A stretch of DNA of 64,000 nucleotides from an uncultured archaeon (GCA_964584335.1 CAZOZN010000002.1:200025-264024), one strand, 5' to 3'; shown: positions 30,617 to 40,814, counted from the stretch's first letter. Notes: generated by a model from the letters alone, not told the origin. A program made the numbers and translations.

Positions 30617-31405
30617 TTACAAGAAGAAACTCAAGACAGACAAAATGCCTATTATAATGCAAAACCAACCGAATTCGATTTTTTCTGCAACTCTTATTAG
30701 TGTTTTTATAGTGGCAAGCCCGAAAATGAAAGAGAAAAATATCGCTATTATAGAATAAATGCTGATGTTAATTTCACCCAGAATACCCAGCCCGATTTCA
30801 GCAACAAGTATTGCTGGGATACTCATAAGAAAGCTCAATTTAAGTGCCTTTTCCGGTTTGTAATTTTCAAACAAAAGCACGGAAGTAGTTAATCCCGAAC
30901 GACTTAAACCGGGCATTACAGAAAATCCCTGTACCAATCCCACTATAACAGAATCCCAAATACTTAGCTCTTTTTTGTTAGAGACAAAAATTTTACTGTA
31001 TTTTTGTAATAATCCCGTTATCATTAAAAAAATTCCTATAATCAGCATACCAACCTTAAGTGATATTTCTATTTCGTTTATGCCGAAAATAAGTATCGGT
31101 GCTCCTACAATACCAGTAAAAACCGTTGAAATAATTAGGAAAGTGGTAAGTCGGTTGTAATTTTTACTGTCCTTTATTTTGTACTCCGGTATGTTTTTGA
31201 GAATTCCTGCTATGTCTTTGCTGAAATAAACTATTGCGGCAAGTAAAGTTCCTGAATGCAGCCATATAGAAAGGAATATTGATTCAGAAAAAGTCTTACC
31301 AAAAAAATTCATTAACACCAATGATATTATTCCCTCGCTGCTTACTGGAAGCCATTCTAATATTCCTTGTAGCGTGCCTATTATAACAGGTTCAAAAAAA
31401 CTCAT
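30617..31405 (-). CDS. uppP: Undecaprenyl/dolichyl-diphosphate phosphatase (BacA/UppP family)
   Basis: 8-TM protein. BacA signature regions are present (GILEWLPVSSEG; SRSGLTTS...). Confidence 0.85.
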   Translation of the reverse strand: MSFFEPVIIGTLQGILEWLPVSSEGIISLVLMNFFGKTFSESIFLSIWLHSGTLLAAIVYFSKDIAGILKNIPEYKIKDSKNYNRLTTFLIISTVFTGIVGAPILIFGINEIEISLKVGMLIIGIFLMITGLLQKYSKIFVSNKKELSIWDSVIVGLVQGFSVMPGLSRSGLTTSVLLFENYKPEKALKLSFLMSIPAILVAEIGLGILGEINISIYSIIAIFFSFIFGLATIKTLIRVAEKIEFGWFCIIIGILSVLSFFL

Positions 31406-31459
31406 AATATAATTTATTCAAGATATAAAATATACTTAAGCATTAGAATCAAATAAGAA

Positions 31460-32164
31460 ATGGGTGTTTGTGTGGAAATTAACAGGAAGTTGCCTTTTGA
31501 CCAGAAAAATCTGGATGAGTTCTTTGGTGGTGGTATAGAATACAAATCTCTTACAAACATATACGGTCCACCCGGCTCTGGAAAGACTAATATAGCTTTA
31601 TTATCCTGTGTTTCATGTATTAAAAAAGGAAAAAAGGTCATTTTCATAGATACCGAGGGAGGCTTTAGTGCTGAAAGGTTTTCACAGATATCTGGGGATT
31701 TTGAAAAATTTTCCAAGAACATAATTTTAATTGAGCCAAAAACTTTTGACGAGCAAAACAAAGTGGTAAAGGATTTAGAAAAAAAATGCGACAATAAAAT
31801 CGGATTGATAGTTCTGGATTCTCTTGTCAATCTTTACAGGCTTGTGCTTGATGATGAGAACTTCCAGAAAATAAACAGGATGCTTTCTTCCCAGCTGGCA
31901 AAACTTTCAAAAATATCCAGAGAAAAAGACTTGCCAGTTCTAATAACTAATCATATGTATTCAGGAAACAACGGCACACAGCCAGTTTCCCGTGATATAA
32001 CAAAATACTGGTCCAAATGTCTTGTTGAGCTTATAAAATTAGATAAGGGAAAAAGGGTAGCAATATTAAAAAAACACAGATCGATGCCGGAAGGCAAGGA
32101 GATACATTTCAAAATAACAAACGAGGGAATTTCCCCCGCAGAGAAAAAATTTAAGCTGTTTTGA
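31460..32164 (+). CDS. radB: RadB recombinase paralog (RecA/KaiC-like ATPase)
   Basis: Walker A GPPGSGKTN and Walker B LIVLDS are present. Size is about 234 aa, with no N-terminal HhH domain. This matches RadB rather than RadA. Confidence 0.85.
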   Translation: MGVCVEINRKLPFDQKNLDEFFGGGIEYKSLTNIYGPPGSGKTNIALLSCVSCIKKGKKVIFIDTEGGFSAERFSQISGDFEKFSKNIILIEPKTFDEQNKVVKDLEKKCDNKIGLIVLDSLVNLYRLVLDDENFQKINRMLSSQLAKLSKISREKDLPVLITNHMYSGNNGTQPVSRDITKYWSKCLVELIKLDKGKRVAILKKHRSMPEGKEIHFKITNEGISPAEKKFKLF

Positions 32165-32173
32165 TTTTTTTCT

Positions 32174-32305
32174 TCACTTAGGCATGTTTATATATTCTAT
32201 TCCTTCTCTCTTTGCATTTTCATGCATCCTTCTCGAAACATCGAGAGTGAAAAGTATCTTTGAATATTCTTTTTCTTTTGATTCTAGATATTCTTTATCC
32301 TCCAT
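32174..32305 (-). CDS. Hypothetical 43-aa protein, possibly ribbon-helix-helix-like
   Basis: MEDKEYLESKEKEYSKILFTLDVSRRMHENAKREGIEYINMPK. A GGAGGT Shine-Dalgarno is 8 nt upstream. It lies below the 60-aa ORF-track cutoff. Confidence 0.25.
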   Translation of the reverse strand: MEDKEYLESKEKEYSKILFTLDVSRRMHENAKREGIEYINMPK

Positions 32306-32437
32306 ATTAAAACCTCCGAAGGGAGAGAAATCGAGGTCGATTGAACCCGACCATAGTTATTCTTATATCAATAAAAGCATTTCTATACATCAGAACGATA
32401 ATTTTAATTACTCAAGAAAACAATAATTAAATGTATT

Positions 32438-34525
32438 CTATTTTTTGTTCTTTTTGTATTTTTTCTTGCCCCAGTTAGCCTTGCTGGGACATTTTGGGTC
32501 TATGCACATTGTGTATGGACGAAGACCTTTTCTTATGACTTTTATCATAGGCAGTCCACAATCCTTGCATTTTCCAGCTGATTCTATTTTCCCGTTTTGA
32601 GGCAATGGGAAAGAATTCCTGCAACCATCAGAGTAACCTTCGCAACCCACAAATCTCTTTTTTGTCTTTTTTGAAACTATTATCCTAAGGTTTTTACTGC
32701 ATTTTGTACATTCTCCCAAAATGTATGAATTCCTTATTGTATTTGTTAGGGCTTCCTGTAACTCAGAGCCTATATTTTCCTCGTTTTTTTTGAATTCTTC
32801 CAGTATTTTACCTAGCGTTTCTACGGCATCTTTTATTACTTTTTCTCTTTTTCTTTTCCCCTTTGATACATCATCCATCTCTTTTTCGAATTTTTCTGTA
32901 AGCTTCTCTGATAGTATTTCTGGACAGTATTTTTCGAGTGTTTTTACCACAGCGAAACCCAGTTCTGTTACCTCTATCTTTTTTCCCTTAATATAACCTC
33001 TGTCATATAAAGTTTGTATTATGTTTGCTCTTGTTGCTTTTGTTCCAAGATTAAGTTTCTGAAGTTTTTTTACAAGAGAAGCTTGATTATATCTGTTAGG
33101 CGGTTTCGTCTCTTTTTCTAGCAGTGATATTTTTATAACATCTAGCATGTCTCCTTTTTTTAGTTCAGGTAATATTTGTTCCTTATATTTTACATATTTC
33201 TCGTAAAATTCAATCCAGTTTTTTTCTAATGTTCTCTTTCCCTTTGTTACAAATTCCTCTTCATTTATTTCGAATAAAATATCCATTGTCTGTCTTAAAG
33301 CGGAGTCCCCAAAAGTTGCCATAAACCTTCTTACAATTAAATCATATACCTTTGATTCGTACTTGTTCATGTTTTTCGGTTTTTCTCCTGTAGGGTATAT
33401 GGAAGGATGTGCCGGATCTTTTTTCTTACCCTCGTTTGGTTTTAATTTTTTATTTTCTAAAAGTTTGTTTGAAAGTTCTTTGTATTCTTTTTGATTAGAT
33501 AATTTTTTTAGTATGTTTTTGTATCCTATCCTTGCCGGAAGCTTCTGGCTTGATGTTCTGGGATAAGATATTAAAACAGAATCATATAGGCTTTGAGCGA
33601 TATCAAGTGTCTGTTTGGGTGTTAGCCCGAATGCCGAATGAGCTTCTGTCTGAAGAGTGGTTAAATCAAAGGGTACTGGTGGTTTTTGTCTGTATTTTCT
33701 TTTGTTTACCTTTGATACAGTTGCTTTTTTCCCCTGAGTTTTTTCCTTTATTTCTTCTGCTTTTTTCTTTTCCCATATTTTACCTTCAACATGATTTGCT
33801 ATTATCTCTTCTTTACTTTCTGTCATTAAATTTGCTTCTAATTCCCAGTAGGGTTCTGAAACGAATTTTTTTATTTTTTCTTCTCTTTTTGCTACTATTT
33901 TTAAAGATGGTCCTTGAACTCTTCCAGTGCTCAAAACTTTGAAATAATTGGTCGCCTTTTTTATCGAAATACTCAATGCCCTTGACGTGTTTATACCATA
34001 AAGCCAGTCAAGTTTATGTCTTACTATACCGGCTTCTATTTGCGGGAAGTCGAGTTTTTCTGAGGCTTTATCGTAAGATTCACACAATTCCGAGGCTGTT
34101 AGAGTTGAAAATTTCATTCTTTTTGCATCTTCTGTCTCGCATATGAATCTTAAAATATTATATCCTATCACGGAACCCTCCGAGTCGTAATCCGTAGCAA
34201 CAATAAATTCATTTGCCTTCTTGCTAAGCTTCTCAAAATTTTTGAAGTAAGGTTTGGAGAACGCGGAATTTTTTGATTCAAAACTAGGCACCCACTCGGT
34301 CTCAAATATTGGATATTTCCAGTCTTTTTTCCCTTTTTGTTTTAGACCAAAAAGATGACCGACTGCAGGAACTACAAGAACTTCTTCCCCGTTTATAAAT
34401 ATTTCAAACCAAACTGCCTTACCGTTTCTTTCTTTCTTAACATCTTCCTCTGATAGTGCATATGCTATTTTTTCAGCAGCTTTTGGTTTTTCTGATATTA
34501 TAAGTATTGTCAAAATAAACACCAA
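32438..34525 (-). CDS. topA: DNA topoisomerase I (type IA, TopA) with C-terminal zinc ribbons
   Basis: N-terminal Toprim domain (MVFILTI...EKPKAAEKIA). Catalytic Tyr region (ISYPRTSS). C-terminal C4 ribbons (CTKCSKN...CEGYSDGC; CKDCGLP...CIDPKC). Confidence 0.9.
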   Translation of the reverse strand: MVFILTILIISEKPKAAEKIAYALSEEDVKKERNGKAVWFEIFINGEEVLVVPAVGHLFGLKQKGKKDWKYPIFETEWVPSFESKNSAFSKPYFKNFEKLSKKANEFIVATDYDSEGSVIGYNILRFICETEDAKRMKFSTLTASELCESYDKASEKLDFPQIEAGIVRHKLDWLYGINTSRALSISIKKATNYFKVLSTGRVQGPSLKIVAKREEKIKKFVSEPYWELEANLMTESKEEIIANHVEGKIWEKKKAEEIKEKTQGKKATVSKVNKRKYRQKPPVPFDLTTLQTEAHSAFGLTPKQTLDIAQSLYDSVLISYPRTSSQKLPARIGYKNILKKLSNQKEYKELSNKLLENKKLKPNEGKKKDPAHPSIYPTGEKPKNMNKYESKVYDLIVRRFMATFGDSALRQTMDILFEINEEEFVTKGKRTLEKNWIEFYEKYVKYKEQILPELKKGDMLDVIKISLLEKETKPPNRYNQASLVKKLQKLNLGTKATRANIIQTLYDRGYIKGKKIEVTELGFAVVKTLEKYCPEILSEKLTEKFEKEMDDVSKGKRKREKVIKDAVETLGKILEEFKKNEENIGSELQEALTNTIRNSYILGECTKCSKNLRIIVSKKTKKRFVGCEGYSDGCRNSFPLPQNGKIESAGKCKDCGLPMIKVIRKGLRPYTMCIDPKCPSKANWGKKKYKKNKK

Positions 34526-34564
34526 TTATAATAGAAAAATTTGTATTAATTTAAAAGTTTCTAA

Positions 34565-35851
34565 TTAGAAGCTTATTTTTTTCTTTCCATTCATATACGG
34601 TCTAAGAACCTTCGGTACTCTTATCGAACCGTCCTTGTTTTGGTATTGCTCTAATATGGCTATCATCGTTCTTGAGGTGGCCAGTGCCGTATTGTTGAGG
34701 GTATGCACGAAACCTTTTGGAGGTTGCCCTTCCTTTTCCCTGTATTTTATATTTAATCTCCTTGCCTGATAGTCCGTGCAGTTTGAATTTGAGCCGACTT
34801 CCCTGAATTTTCCGTCCGCCATCCAGGCTTCCGTGTCATATTGTTTTGCCTGTTTTTTGCCTATATCACCGCTGCATATGTCAACAACCCTGTAATACAA
34901 ACCAAGCTCTTTGTAAAGTTCTTCAGAATTCCTCTGCAGTTCTTCAATATATATGTAAGACTCATCAGGAAGGCATATTAAAAATTGTTCTACCTTGTTG
35001 AACTGGTGCATCCTGAAAAGACCCTTTGCGTATTTCCCATGGGTCCCCACTTCTTTCCTGAAAGCAGGCGAGACACCAATCAGTTTTATTGGAAGTTCAT
35101 CCGTGTTTATTACCTTGTCGATAAACATTCCTCCAAGTGGGTATTCTGCCGTGGGTATCGGGTAAAGCTCCTCCCCTTCTATTTTGTATCCCGCCTCTCC
35201 GAGTTCCGTGGGGTCTCCTATCATGGAATCATATGTCCTCTTGTTTACCATGTATGGAGGTTCAATTAAAGTAAAACCTTTTTTTATAAGAAAGTCTATT
35301 GCGAATCTTTGCAGAGCCAAGTCAAGCAATACCATATCATTTTTGAGGTAAGCGAATCCACTGCCGGATGCTCTTGCACCGGATTCAAAATCTATAAAAT
35401 CTTTGGCTATCTCCAAGTGGCTCTTGGGTTTGAAACTGAAAATGGGTTTTTTGCCCCATTTTCTTATTTCCATGTTATCTTCTTCGTCCTTACCCGTGGG
35501 AACAGAATAATGAATAAGATTTGGTATTTTTAGAAGAAGTAAGTCACAATCTTCTCTCAATTTATCTATCTTTTCTTTGTTTTTCTTTATCTTGTAAGGT
35601 ATGTTTTTAACTTCTTTCATTTCCTTTGATGCTTTCTTATTCTCTGACCTTAGCCTTCCTATTTTTTTGCTTAATACGTTTCTTTTGTGCTGAAGTTTTT
35701 GGTTCTTAGACTTTAATTTTCTCCATTCTTCATCTTTTTTGAGAAGTTTATCGAGAAGCCTTATGTAATCTTTTTTACCCCTTTTCTTTAGGTTGTCTTT
35801 TACCATTTCAGTCTCGTTTCTGATAAGGTTTATATCTAACATTTTTATCAT
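34565..35851 (-). CDS. serS: Seryl-tRNA synthetase
   Basis: N-terminal coiled-coil arm. Class II motifs are present (motif 2 FRKEVGTHGKYAKGLFRMHQFNKVE; motif 3 GSNSNCTDYQARRLNIKY). Confidence 0.9.
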   Translation of the reverse strand: MIKMLDINLIRNETEMVKDNLKKRGKKDYIRLLDKLLKKDEEWRKLKSKNQKLQHKRNVLSKKIGRLRSENKKASKEMKEVKNIPYKIKKNKEKIDKLREDCDLLLLKIPNLIHYSVPTGKDEEDNMEIRKWGKKPIFSFKPKSHLEIAKDFIDFESGARASGSGFAYLKNDMVLLDLALQRFAIDFLIKKGFTLIEPPYMVNKRTYDSMIGDPTELGEAGYKIEGEELYPIPTAEYPLGGMFIDKVINTDELPIKLIGVSPAFRKEVGTHGKYAKGLFRMHQFNKVEQFLICLPDESYIYIEELQRNSEELYKELGLYYRVVDICSGDIGKKQAKQYDTEAWMADGKFREVGSNSNCTDYQARRLNIKYREKEGQPPKGFVHTLNNTALATSRTMIAILEQYQNKDGSIRVPKVLRPYMNGKKKISF

Positions 35852-36840
35852 CTAAATGTTTCTAACATGTCCTTATGTTTTTCAAAATATTTTCTTATTG
35901 GTTTTAGTATTTCGGTTAGTTCTTTTGCTAGACTCTTTTTTAAATCAAGTGGATGTAATTTACCTAACCCGAATTCTTTTTCTAATTCCTTGTAATTGTT
36001 GAATATTATATCTCCTCCGAATTTGCTTGGTCTTTCTATTTTTAATTTGCTTTTTCTTGGGAAAACTATGAATCTGATGTACTCAAGTATCGGATTTTCT
36101 TTTGTCTGTCCTTGTGGACAGTAAGCATTTTTGATTCTTTTTTCTATTGTTTTTTCTGACGCAAAAAGTTCCAGTCTTGATTTTTTCTCGCTTGCTGACA
36201 TTTTATTATTTCCGTCAAGACCAATTCCCAAAGGTGAGAAAACGCATACAGGTTTTTTATAGCCTATTTTTGGTAAGTATTCCCTGCTTAACATATAAAC
36301 ATGTCTTTGGTCTATTCCACCTGCTGCTACATCAACGTCAAGTCCTATACAATCAAGGCTCTGCATTAATGGATAAATTAGCTCTGAAATTGTTGAATTT
36401 TTCATTCTGCACACTTCTCTGGCTGCTCTTTCGGCTCTTTTGGAAGTCACAAAACCGGAAATTCTCAGTATATCCATAAAATATTTTTTATCTGTTTGAA
36501 ATTCTGAACCTTTTATGAATTCAGCTTCTTCTAGGCCGAATAAACTAAGGCATTTTTCATATATTTTGGCTCTTATGTCTAGTTCTTCCCATGGTGATTT
36601 TCTGTCGTCAAGGTATGCGTGCAAGTCAGCAATTAAAACTTTATGTTTAAACCCCGCTTTTATAAGCTCTATCTGTTTTGCAATTGACCTGTAATAGCCT
36701 ATATGTGGCGGACCAGTGGGCGCAATTCCGACATAACTTACAGGCCTCTTCTTTTTTTCAAGGGTGTTTTTTAGTTCTTCTTTTGTTATTATTTCTTCTG
36801 TTCCGTTTGTTACCAATTCCATTCTATCTTCTACATCCAT
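35848..36840 (-). CDS. tyrS: Tyrosyl-tRNA synthetase (archaeal class I)
   Basis: The HIGH-region is PTGPPHIGYY. KMSAS serves as the KMSKS motif. Size of 330 aa fits archaeal TyrRS. Confidence 0.8.
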   Translation of the reverse strand: MDVEDRMELVTNGTEEIITKEELKNTLEKKKRPVSYVGIAPTGPPHIGYYRSIAKQIELIKAGFKHKVLIADLHAYLDDRKSPWEELDIRAKIYEKCLSLFGLEEAEFIKGSEFQTDKKYFMDILRISGFVTSKRAERAAREVCRMKNSTISELIYPLMQSLDCIGLDVDVAAGGIDQRHVYMLSREYLPKIGYKKPVCVFSPLGIGLDGNNKMSASEKKSRLELFASEKTIEKRIKNAYCPQGQTKENPILEYIRFIVFPRKSKLKIERPSKFGGDIIFNNYKELEKEFGLGKLHPLDLKKSLAKELTEILKPIRKYFEKHKDMLETFR

Positions 36841-36853
36841 TTTAACACCCTTA

Positions 36854-36873
36854 TAAGATTAATTAAAATCTTA
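36854..36873. other. AT-rich hairpin (7-bp stem TAAGATT/AATCTTA, loop AATTAA) between tyrS start and DUF1015 stop
   Basis: Inverted repeat seen directly in the sequence. It is a possible weak terminator or operator. Confidence 0.3.
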
Positions 36874-38004
36874 ATAGAATAAATATACGACTAGACCGCT
36901 CAACAGCTTAGGGTCGAACCATGTTGATTTCGGAGGCATGTCTCTGCCGGCATCAGCTACTTTTTCAACTTCCCTTACGCTGGTTGGAAATAAACTGAAT
37001 ACAAGGTCATTTCCTTCTTCCACGTATTTTTCCCATCTCTGCTTTCCACCTTCAAAGAATATATTGGGATCTTTTCTTGGGTTTTCTATTCCCAGTATCG
37101 GTCCCAGTATTTTGTTCTGTAGAATGGATGCATCCAAACTCTTTACAGAATCTTCAGGCACCTCTTTCGTCACTAACTTGTACCATTTATCGTGATACAT
37201 GCATATTGTTCTTTTTTCCGGTATTCCACCCTCCACGACTTCAAAATTTTCTTTTATTTTTTCCATAAAATCTTCAAAAGGAATAGGAAGCTTTTTTATT
37301 ACCCTGTTATAAGGAAGAACACGCACTTCGTCGTCGTTTGCCACATAAGCCATCAAGTAGTTCCAGGGTCCCTCTTCTTTTGATTTCATATATTCATATG
37401 CTGAAGCTATCCTATGATGACCGTCAGCTATGTAAAGATTAACAGGTTCCAATATTTTTTTTATTTCTTCTTCAATTTCTTTGGGTATTTTCCATAGTTT
37501 GTTTTTCCAACCGTATTTTTCAAAGGCTTTAAATGGCTCTGTTTTCTCTGTTTCGTCAAAAACTTTTTTCAAATCTTCATTTGATTTTACTGTCAGCCAA
37601 ACCAATCCTGTTTGCGCTTCCGTATTTTTTATATGTTTTATTCTGTCTCTTAGTGGTTTTTCTCTTGTCTTTTCGTGTATCTTTATATTACCATTCCCGT
37701 AATCTTCTAAATCAAACCCGCCAACCAGTCCTCTTTGGGTCCATTCTCCGTTGCTCTGTTTGTACAGATAGAAAGAAGGAGATTGTTCTTCTAAGATGTT
37801 TTCTTTTACCATTCTATCGAGTTCTTTTTTTGCATTTTCATACCTTTCTTCATCCTCTCCTTTAGGTAATATTACATGAATAAAGCTATTAGGCTCTTTT
37901 CTAATTTCTTCAAGTTCCCTTTCTCCTATAACATCATATGGATTTGTAGTAAATTTTTCCGGTTCTTTCGGGATAAATAGTCGTATAGGCTTTGATTTTA
38001 CCAT
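36871..38004 (-). CDS. DUF1015 family protein
   Basis: 377 aa with the family-typical YIADGHHR motif. Confidence 0.7.
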   Translation of the reverse strand: MVKSKPIRLFIPKEPEKFTTNPYDVIGERELEEIRKEPNSFIHVILPKGEDEERYENAKKELDRMVKENILEEQSPSFYLYKQSNGEWTQRGLVGGFDLEDYGNGNIKIHEKTREKPLRDRIKHIKNTEAQTGLVWLTVKSNEDLKKVFDETEKTEPFKAFEKYGWKNKLWKIPKEIEEEIKKILEPVNLYIADGHHRIASAYEYMKSKEEGPWNYLMAYVANDDEVRVLPYNRVIKKLPIPFEDFMEKIKENFEVVEGGIPEKRTICMYHDKWYKLVTKEVPEDSVKSLDASILQNKILGPILGIENPRKDPNIFFEGGKQRWEKYVEEGNDLVFSLFPTSVREVEKVADAGRDMPPKSTWFDPKLLSGLVVYLFY

Positions 38005-38055
38005 AAAACTTATTTTCGACCCAAAGTTTATAAACTTTACCTGAAAGACACCTCA

Positions 38056-38064
38056 TTATAAATA
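38056..38064 (+). promoter_or_regulatory. Archaeal TATA box (TTATAAATA) about 27 nt upstream of the beta-CASP gene ATG. A mirrored TTTATAAAC box (38024-38032, opposite strand) serves the divergent DUF1015 gene
   Basis: Box A consensus at the expected distance for leaderless transcripts. Similar TTTATAAA boxes occur about 25-35 nt upstream of ppsA and of the 6621 gene. Confidence 0.4.
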
Positions 38065-38086
38065 GTAGGTCCACAAAATTTTGTGT

Positions 38087-39364
38087 ATGAATTTAAAGTT
38101 TTTGGGAGGTGCAATGGAAGTTGGCAGGTCGGGAGTTCTTTTAGACACAGGAAGCGAGAAAATATTGATGGATTACGGGATAAAGATAGTAAGCCAGGCA
38201 GAAGGGCCTCTCCAGTCGCCTAAAATACCAATTGCTACCAACCTTAAATTAGATGCGATGTTACTTTCTCATGCCCATTTGGATCACTCCGGTTTTGTTC
38301 CCAACCTTTATAACAGGGGATATAGAGGCCCTACTTATTCCACTGCCACTACTTTTGATTTGGCAAAGGTTTTGCTTAATGACAGCATAAAACTAGCGGA
38401 TTTGAGAAACCAGGAGAAGTATTTCTTTAAAAAAGACCTTAAGAAAATGGAGAAAAATGAGTACAGAATAACTCATGGCCAGCAGTTTTACATAGGAAAA
38501 ACCTCTGTTGGTGTTTACGATGCCGGGCATATACCGGGGTCTGTTTCTTTCCACTTAAACACAGGCAAAAAGTCTATAGTTTATTCAGGTGATATAAAGA
38601 GCAGGGATACCGAGCTTTTGAGGGGTCTTGAGAAAATAAGAGAAAATACAGACATTTTGATTATGGAATCTACTTACGCACAGAGAGACCATCCCGACAG
38701 GGAGGTTCAGGAAAAGAGGCTAACCGATGCGGTAAGAGAGACTCTTGACAAAGGCGGAACAGCTATGATACCTTGTTTTGCTGTAGGCAGGGCTCAAGAG
38801 GTGCTTTTAATACTGCAGAAGTATGGCCTAGACAAGTATCCGATATACCTTGACGGCATGTCTGTGGCAGCCACCGAAATAATTTTAAGATACCCCGAGC
38901 TCATAAACCAGCCCAAGAAGCTTAAAAAAATATATAGTACGATTACTAAAGTTCACAACAACAGGCAAAGAAGCGCTATAACTAAAAAACCCTGCATAAT
39001 AGTTACTACATCCGGAATGCTTAACGGAGGGCCGATTGCATACTACCTCGGCAAGCTTTATAATAGGAAAGATTGTTCTTTAACTTTGACTGGTTTCCAG
39101 GTACCCGGGTCTGCTGGACACGGGCTGTTAGAGACGGGAAATTATGTAACTGATGATAAATCATTTAAGGTAAAATGCAATATAGATTTTATAGATTTGA
39201 GCGCACATTCAGGTAGAAAGGAACTATTTGAATATGTCCAGATGATAGACCCGGAAAAGGTTTTCGTTATACATGGAGATTCCTGTGACAGGTTCGCAAG
39301 GGAACTCGCTGAGAAAGGTTATGATGCATACGCGCCAGAGAGAGGCGAAAAATGCGATTTATGA
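38087..39364 (+). CDS. Beta-CASP family ribonuclease (MBL + beta-CASP, aCPSF2/RNase J-like, no KH domains)
   Basis: MBL motif LSHAHLDHSG. Beta-CASP motifs are present (ESTYA, ...HGD). The ATG at 38087 (MNLKFLGG...) is preferred to the TTG at 38081. Confidence 0.85.
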   Translation: MNLKFLGGAMEVGRSGVLLDTGSEKILMDYGIKIVSQAEGPLQSPKIPIATNLKLDAMLLSHAHLDHSGFVPNLYNRGYRGPTYSTATTFDLAKVLLNDSIKLADLRNQEKYFFKKDLKKMEKNEYRITHGQQFYIGKTSVGVYDAGHIPGSVSFHLNTGKKSIVYSGDIKSRDTELLRGLEKIRENTDILIMESTYAQRDHPDREVQEKRLTDAVRETLDKGGTAMIPCFAVGRAQEVLLILQKYGLDKYPIYLDGMSVAATEIILRYPELINQPKKLKKIYSTITKVHNNRQRSAITKKPCIIVTTSGMLNGGPIAYYLGKLYNRKDCSLTLTGFQVPGSAGHGLLETGNYVTDDKSFKVKCNIDFIDLSAHSGRKELFEYVQMIDPEKVFVIHGDSCDRFARELAEKGYDAYAPERGEKCDL

Positions 39365-40388
39365 TGGTGTTTTTTTGATTGAAGTGGATGGTTCTTACTT
39401 GGAAGGAGGAGGCCAGATTTTGAGGACATCTGTTGCACTTTCTTCTGTTACTGGAAAACCTTTCAAAATTTACAATATAAGGAAAGGCAGAGACAGGTCC
39501 GGACTAAAACACCAGCACTTAAAAGCCATAGAACTCGTTTCTAAAATATCAAGAGCTAAAGTTAAAGGAGCTTCAATAGGTTCAAGCAATGTGGAATTCT
39601 TTCCCGGTTCTTTGAAAGGCGGTAAGTATAAAGTTGATATAGGAACTGCAGGTTCTATAACACTATTGTTGCATGCTGTAATACCACCATGCCTTTATTT
39701 GGGTGAAAATGTTGACATAGAGCTTGTAGGAGGCACCAATGTTCCCTGGTCTCCGACAACTGACTTTTTTCGTCATGTTTTCTGTAATTTCCTTGACAGA
39801 ATGGGTGTTTTTATAAGAGTTGATGTCAAGAAACATGGATTTTATCCTAGAGGTGGAGGAAAAATAAGAGTTCTTATGGAACCGCGCAAAAGACTTAAAA
39901 AACTAAATCTTACTGAAAGAGGCAAGTTCAAAAGAATAGACGTATGGTCTATATCTTCCAAAGATTTAAAGGACAGAAAAGTTTCTGAAAGACAGTTAAG
40001 TTCTTTTAAGGAAAAGCTTAAAATGGAAGGTCACGAACACGCGGTTTACACCGATACTTTGTCTACCGGTACTTCCATACATGCTCATGCACATTATACG
40101 AAAACCAAGCTGGGTGCCGATGTCCTAGGTCAAAAAGGCATACCAGCAGAAAAAATAGGTTCTGACTGTGCTGAAGTATTAAAGAAGCAAATGGAAAGCG
40201 GTGCATGTCTTGATGAGTGGATGGCTGATCAGATACTTCCTTATATGGCTATTTCAGGTGGTGGAAAGGTTTCTGTCGCGGAAGTAACAGAACACTCTAA
40301 GTCAAACATGTGGGTAATAGAAAAATTCCTTCCAGTCAAATTTAAAATAAGGAAAAACATCATAAGTTGCTATAAAGATAAAAAATAA
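39321..40388 (+). CDS. rtcA: RNA 3'-terminal phosphate cyclase
   Basis: IEVDGSYLEGGGQILRTSVALS is the RtcA N-terminal signature. The catalytic His region HAHAH is present. The start is chosen at an internal ATG (MMHTRQ...). The ORF-track start at 39273 would overlap the RNase gene by 92 nt. A TTG at 39375 is another option. Confidence 0.8.
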   Translation: MMHTRQREAKNAIYDGVFLIEVDGSYLEGGGQILRTSVALSSVTGKPFKIYNIRKGRDRSGLKHQHLKAIELVSKISRAKVKGASIGSSNVEFFPGSLKGGKYKVDIGTAGSITLLLHAVIPPCLYLGENVDIELVGGTNVPWSPTTDFFRHVFCNFLDRMGVFIRVDVKKHGFYPRGGGKIRVLMEPRKRLKKLNLTERGKFKRIDVWSISSKDLKDRKVSERQLSSFKEKLKMEGHEHAVYTDTLSTGTSIHAHAHYTKTKLGADVLGQKGIPAEKIGSDCAEVLKKQMESGACLDEWMADQILPYMAISGGGKVSVAEVTEHSKSNMWVIEKFLPVKFKIRKNIISCYKDKK

Positions 40389-40397
40389 GGGAATTTT

Positions 40398-40814
40398 TTA
40401 TTTCAGTTTTATTTTCTTTCCCTTCATCTTCTTTTTTTCTTTCTTAGGAAGATTTACTTTAAGAACGCCGTCCTTCATCTCGGCTTCTATGTTTTCTTCG
40501 TCCACTTCTACTGGCAAAGTAAGTTCTCTGTAAAACTTACCACATCTTCTTTCCTGCCTGAAGTAGTTCTTCTTTTCTTCGACTTCTTCTTTGTTTTTTT
40601 CGGCTTCTATAATTATTCTGTTATCCATGATTCTCAGTGAAACGTCTTTCTTGTCAAATCCAGGCAGATTAGCTTTTATTATTATTTCTTCATCATTTTC
40701 CGACATATCTGTCGGTATTCCTGAAAAATATCCCCCTGAAACTTTTTCTATTTCGTTCCATGGTTCCCAGTCTTCATCTTCCCAGAAAAATCTGAATGGC
40801 CTTCTCCTTCTCAT
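40398..40814 (-). CDS. Small heat-shock protein (Hsp20/alpha-crystallin family)
   Basis: Alpha-crystallin domain with the A-x-x-x-n-G-v-L motif (AEMKDGVLKVNLPK) and a C-terminal basic tail. Confidence 0.9.
   Translation of the reverse strand: MRRRRPFRFFWEDEDWEPWNEIEKVSGGYFSGIPTDMSENDEEIIIKANLPGFDKKDVSLRIMDNRIIIEAEKNKEEVEEKKNYFRQERRCGKFYRELTLPVEVDEENIEAEMKDGVLKVNLPKKEKKKMKGKKIKLK

Noticed and set aside
32184-32426. 80-aa ORF on + strand between radB and topA
   Set aside because: The translation is Ser/Tyr-rich and low-complexity with no start context. The region more likely contains convergent 3' UTRs plus the small SD-preceded minus-strand ORF.
39273-39320. Annotated 5' extension of rtcA (MEIPVTGSQGNSLRKV...)
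   Set aside because: It overlaps the last 92 nt of the beta-CASP gene in another frame and has no similarity to RtcA N-termini. An internal ATG directly precedes the conserved IEVDGS...GGGQ motif.
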